The notes below the pieces were generated by a model. The model searched no databases, was not told where the DNA came from, and worked only from the letters and a program-made list of their open reading frames with translations. From an uncultured virus (IMG/VR IMGVR_UViG_3300030451_004121) (taxonomy: Duplodnaviria > Heunggongvirae > Uroviricota > Caudoviricetes > Crassvirales), in the IMG/VR virus record IMGVR_UViG_3300030451_004121, positions 44,468 through 64,467 of that record: DNA of 20,000 nt; one strand, 5' to 3'. This document shows positions 17,106 to 20,000 of this stretch, in pieces. Every line of letters starts with the position of its first letter. The stretch's first letter is position 1. Made by a program: the position numbers and the translations under genes.

Positions 17106-17525
17106 TTATTAATTCTATTACTTTATCACATTCTTTTTGATTCTGGGGTTTATATAAAGTTACATGAGGTAAGTTTTCTTTTACATACTTTTTAAACATT
17201 TTCCAACGCATTGGAAAACTTTCGTTTGCTCTACCCTTACATTCAATTATAAATGAGTCAGATACAAAGTCAGGTGTATATTTTATATTTAATATCTTTT
17301 TACAACCTCTATTAACCATATCACCCTTACCGTTACTCTGTCTTTCAAAACTCTCGTTATCAAACATAAAGCCTTCTTGTAAAACAAACGTTTGTCCTTC
17401 GTATATAGCTTTTATTTTAGCCTTCTTTAAAACTTGGTACATATAACGTTCTAAACCACTTGCAAATGTANNNNNNNNNNCTTACTTCTGACAGGACCAC
17501 GCTTACGTTTAAATTTCTTCTTCAT
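17086..17525 (-). CDS. PD-(D/E)XK endonuclease (T7 endonuclease I-like), spanning an N gap at 17471-17480
   Basis: FASGLE upstream of the ORF-track start, then YTPDF...IIECKG. The probable start MKKKFKRKRGPVRSK at 17525 lies across the gap. Confidence 0.8.
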
Positions 17526-17820
17526 CGTATTTAATCTTGTCAATTAAAGCTTCTTCAGATAAATCTTGTAGCTCATCACGTGCGGCTTGTATGTATAGCA
17601 CAGCGTCCATAAGCTCTTCTTGTATATCGTTTAAATACTTTTGAAGACCTTTCATTTTAAATCTACGTTCATCATCTAACGTTGAACCGTATTTAGCATA
17701 ACCAACATCTGAACGTTTCACAAATTTATCAACTACAGTTCTAACTACAGGGTCTCTAAATCCATATTCTTTTCTTGATGTGATACCATTTTTAGCATCA
17801 TATATTTCTCTACTTGACAT
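17509..17820 (-). CDS. All-alpha phage protein, possibly a MazG-like NTP pyrophosphatase
   Basis: RSDVGYAKYG...IQEELMDAVLY, with an acidic EExxD helix. Confidence 0.55.
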   Translation of the reverse strand: MSSREIYDAKNGITSRKEYGFRDPVVRTVVDKFVKRSDVGYAKYGSTLDDERRFKMKGLQKYLNDIQEELMDAVLYIQAARDELQDLSEEALIDKIKYDEEEI

Positions 17821-17822
17821 AA

Positions 17823-18728
17823 TTAATCTTTTTTAAATGTTCCGTTTTCCATTTTACCAGTTCTATCTTTAATCTCAAAGTAAGCTTGTTCGATGCAACC
17901 TTCTATTGATTCACCTAGTAATTCAGCTAAGTTAGTCAGCACAACAACACAATCACCAATACCGTCAATTGCTTCCATATCGTTACCTTTTAATATAGCT
18001 CTACAAGTTTCACCAACCTCTTCAACAAGTTTTAATGCTTGAGTTTTAGGATCGCCTTTGTCATACAGACCTCTTTTATCAGCCCACTCTCTAATTAATT
18101 CAAACATACTAACTTCTGAACAACTTTCATCACAGTACTTTTGTTGTCTAATACCTGTAGGTGCTAGACCACCAGTTAATGTACCATTTCTTTTTTGTTC
18201 AACTTTATTCATTTGCTTAGCATTATCTAGTTCGTGATGACCATAAACATCGTGATTATCAAACCATCTAGCAAAGGCTTTATTATATACGTAGCATCTG
18301 TCGTTTGTAAATTGAGATGATTTAACGTTATCCATTATCCAATCAATAGATTTTTTAGTAATTCCAACTGGACCACTGTCCGTTTCCCATTGCATACCTA
18401 TTTGGTCCATAAGTTGCCCTTTTAGTTTATTGACTGGACAAGGGAATGTCGTAGTCATTTCTGTTACATTTATTCTCATATTATTTATTCTTATTTGGTT
18501 TACTGGTTTATATAAATCTTTGTAAAGTTTTCTATCAACTCTATAACCCAAGGCTTTTTGTAAAGCTACTTCTCTTTGTGATACCAAATCAATATCTGTA
18601 GTAGACATTATAACTTGATATTCATCTTTATTATAACCTTGTTGATGTTCAACTCTTTCTTCAAGATCTGTCGTTACCCCTATTTTCTTACCCGGGATAT
18701 GGTATAAGTAATACATTTTATCTGTCAT
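17823..18728 (-). CDS. Fusion of a GIY-YIG-like N-terminus, an unknown middle domain and a MazG-like NTP pyrophosphohydrolase
   Basis: YYLYHIPGKKIGVTTDLEERV at the N-terminus; WADKRGL...KLVEEVGE...DGIGD...IKDRTGKM in 17823-18107. Confidence 0.8.
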   Translation of the reverse strand: MTDKMYYLYHIPGKKIGVTTDLEERVEHQQGYNKDEYQVIMSTTDIDLVSQREVALQKALGYRVDRKLYKDLYKPVNQIRINNMRINVTEMTTTFPCPVNKLKGQLMDQIGMQWETDSGPVGITKKSIDWIMDNVKSSQFTNDRCYVYNKAFARWFDNHDVYGHHELDNAKQMNKVEQKRNGTLTGGLAPTGIRQQKYCDESCSEVSMFELIREWADKRGLYDKGDPKTQALKLVEEVGETCRAILKGNDMEAIDGIGDCVVVLTNLAELLGESIEGCIEQAYFEIKDRTGKMENGTFKKD

Positions 18729-19378
18729 ATTTTGTCATTATATAGATGCATATTATGCGCGAAATGATAATATATACCTGGTTCAATATTTAATTCATCA
18801 GAGACCATCTTTTGCAGCTTAGAGAAACAGTATTGGTCGTTACAAAAACCATACCACAAATCGTTGCTACGCATTGTTACACACATATCAAGTCTACCAT
18901 GTAGTATTGTAAACTGAATAGCGTAAGTACAAGGCGTATCTCTTTCGTACTTAGGGTGCTCTTTACAGTCGTATATAGATATTGCAGCTTGCCTAGTTTC
19001 TTTGTTGTTTTTAAGCTTGTCAATAACATAATCTATTTGACTGATATTATTCCAACAGGTTCTTTGCCATTGTTGGCCATAATTAGAGTTAACATAACCG
19101 TGGTCATCAGCCATACGTTTCCATATTTCAGGAACTTTACCATATATTTCACCTAGCTTTTCAATATTGTTATCACCAGACAAATACCACTGCCATTCAG
19201 CTTCAGCATAATCTTCTTTCCAGTTACGTTCTCTGTTTATTATCTTGTTGTCTTGTGAGTCTGTAATATACACGCCGACATTAAACAGAGCTTTAGTGCC
19301 TGCAAAGTCTACGCCATCTTGTATTATTCTATCATGTAGATATTCATAAGCATCATTTGCTGTTCTAAATTTATGCAT
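18725..19378 (-). CDS. Thymidylate-synthase-fold enzyme, dCMP hydroxymethylase (T4 gp42)-like
   Basis: VNSNYG, catalytic PCT (Cys150), MRSNDLWYGFCND with Asp181, and HLY. Confidence 0.85.
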   Translation of the reverse strand: MHKFRTANDAYEYLHDRIIQDGVDFAGTKALFNVGVYITDSQDNKIINRERNWKEDYAEAEWQWYLSGDNNIEKLGEIYGKVPEIWKRMADDHGYVNSNYGQQWQRTCWNNISQIDYVIDKLKNNKETRQAAISIYDCKEHPKYERDTPCTYAIQFTILHGRLDMCVTMRSNDLWYGFCNDQYCFSKLQKMVSDELNIEPGIYYHFAHNMHLYNDKI

Positions 19379-19541
19379 AGTATTCTCCTTTATATTTAAT
19401 ATAATAAGTTAAGTCTTTTATAGTAAATTCACTTACACCAGGTACGACTTTATAATACACGGTTTTAAATTCTTTATTTGTTCCCGGGTAATATGTTAAT
19501 TGTATTGTGTTGTTATTTATTTGTTTTATTGTATTTGTCAT
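19371..19541 (-). CDS. 56-aa hypothetical protein (not in the ORF track)
   Basis: MTNTIKQINNNTIQLTYYPG...KGEYYA fills the gap and overlaps both neighbours. Confidence 0.6.
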   Translation of the reverse strand: MTNTIKQINNNTIQLTYYPGTNKEFKTVYYKVVPGVSEFTIKDLTYYIKYKGEYYA

Positions 19542-19794
19542 AATAGTATTTATAATATTTAATTAAACTTTCATAAACTTCATGATCACCGTAACGTTTA
19601 GGGTCTGTATGCCATTTACTGTTTCTAACCTTAATATCTATTTGCCAATAATAAGATGGATGTTTCCAGTCTGGTGACATAGCTATTTTTATTCCTTTTT
19701 TTATTACATAACTAATCATTTTCATTTCTTCAGGACTCCACGAATAATCTGGTGGTTTTCTAGTTGGTGCTTTATTAAACTTTTTCCAACCCAT
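19513..19794 (-). CDS. Hypothetical phage protein
   Basis: 93-aa ORF, TAATG-coupled to the helicase. Confidence 0.7.
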   Translation of the reverse strand: MGWKKFNKAPTRKPPDYSWSPEEMKMISYVIKKGIKIAMSPDWKHPSYYWQIDIKVRNSKWHTDPKRYGDHEVYESLIKYYKYYYDKYNKTNK

Positions 19795-20000
19795 TATTCC
19801 CAGGGCATTGGCTCTGTCTCTGCTACAGCATCAACGTATGGTACAAAACTACCTGATTTAGGTTCCCACGTAAAATGAGACTCAGCGCCGTTTTCACCTA
19901 AGTTTTGAAACTTAACTTTTAGCACTTTAACTTTAGTTGTTTTAGCTTCATAATCTCTATGTACTAATAAACCGTGGTAACTAGCATCGTACCACTCACC
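19794..20000 (-). CDS. C-terminus of a DnaB/T7 gp4/Twinkle-type helicase (partial)
   Basis: GEWYDASYHGLLVHRD...VKVLKVKFQNLGENG resembles SF4 helicase motif H4 and the following strands. Confidence 0.75.
   Translation of the reverse strand, partial: GEWYDASYHGLLVHRDYEAKTTKVKVLKVKFQNLGENGAESHFTWEPKSGSFVPYVDAVAETEPMPWE

Noticed and set aside
17443..17525. Apparently truncated endonuclease N-terminus
   Set aside because: Explained by the second N gap; coding sequence continues on both sides.
9623..19156. Alternate-frame or antisense ORFs (9623, 11721, 11725, 12134, 12965, 13826, 14528, 15506, 15763, 18956)
   Set aside because: They overlap better-supported genes almost entirely and have no recognisable motifs.
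1..20000. Stop-codon reassignment as in some crAss-like phages
   Set aside because: Genes are full-length and tightly packed under the standard code.

Overview
AT-rich, gene-dense fragment of a tailed dsDNA phage genome, most likely infecting a marine Bacteroidota (Flavobacteriales-like) host. The host inference rests on A-rich starts without Shine-Dalgarno sequences, Q-rule signal peptides, a T9SS-like C-terminal tail and an Hc1-type histone-like gene. The + strand arm (1-15058) starts with a 5'-truncated giant multidomain protein (>2440 aa). It contains a zeta-like P-loop kinase nested inside a HAD phosphatase, and its modules are bounded by recurring (I/L/M)-x-F-S-(K/R/E) motifs. Next come an apparent cell-envelope module (membrane protein, CxxC-less thioredoxin fold, Cys-repeat T9SS-like cargo, outer-membrane beta-barrel), small basic proteins sharing S-P-x-K motifs, a PAP2 phosphatase, an M15 peptidase and two beta-rich proteins. 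A bidirectional terminator separates this arm from the - strand replication and nucleotide arm: helicase C-terminus, a thymidylate-synthase-fold enzyme with the dCMP-specific Asp of T4 gp42, a GIY-YIG-like/MazG fusion, an endonuclease, class II RNR and an Hc1-like protein. Two N gaps split genes artificially. Family assignments come from motif recognition by eye; no searches were run.
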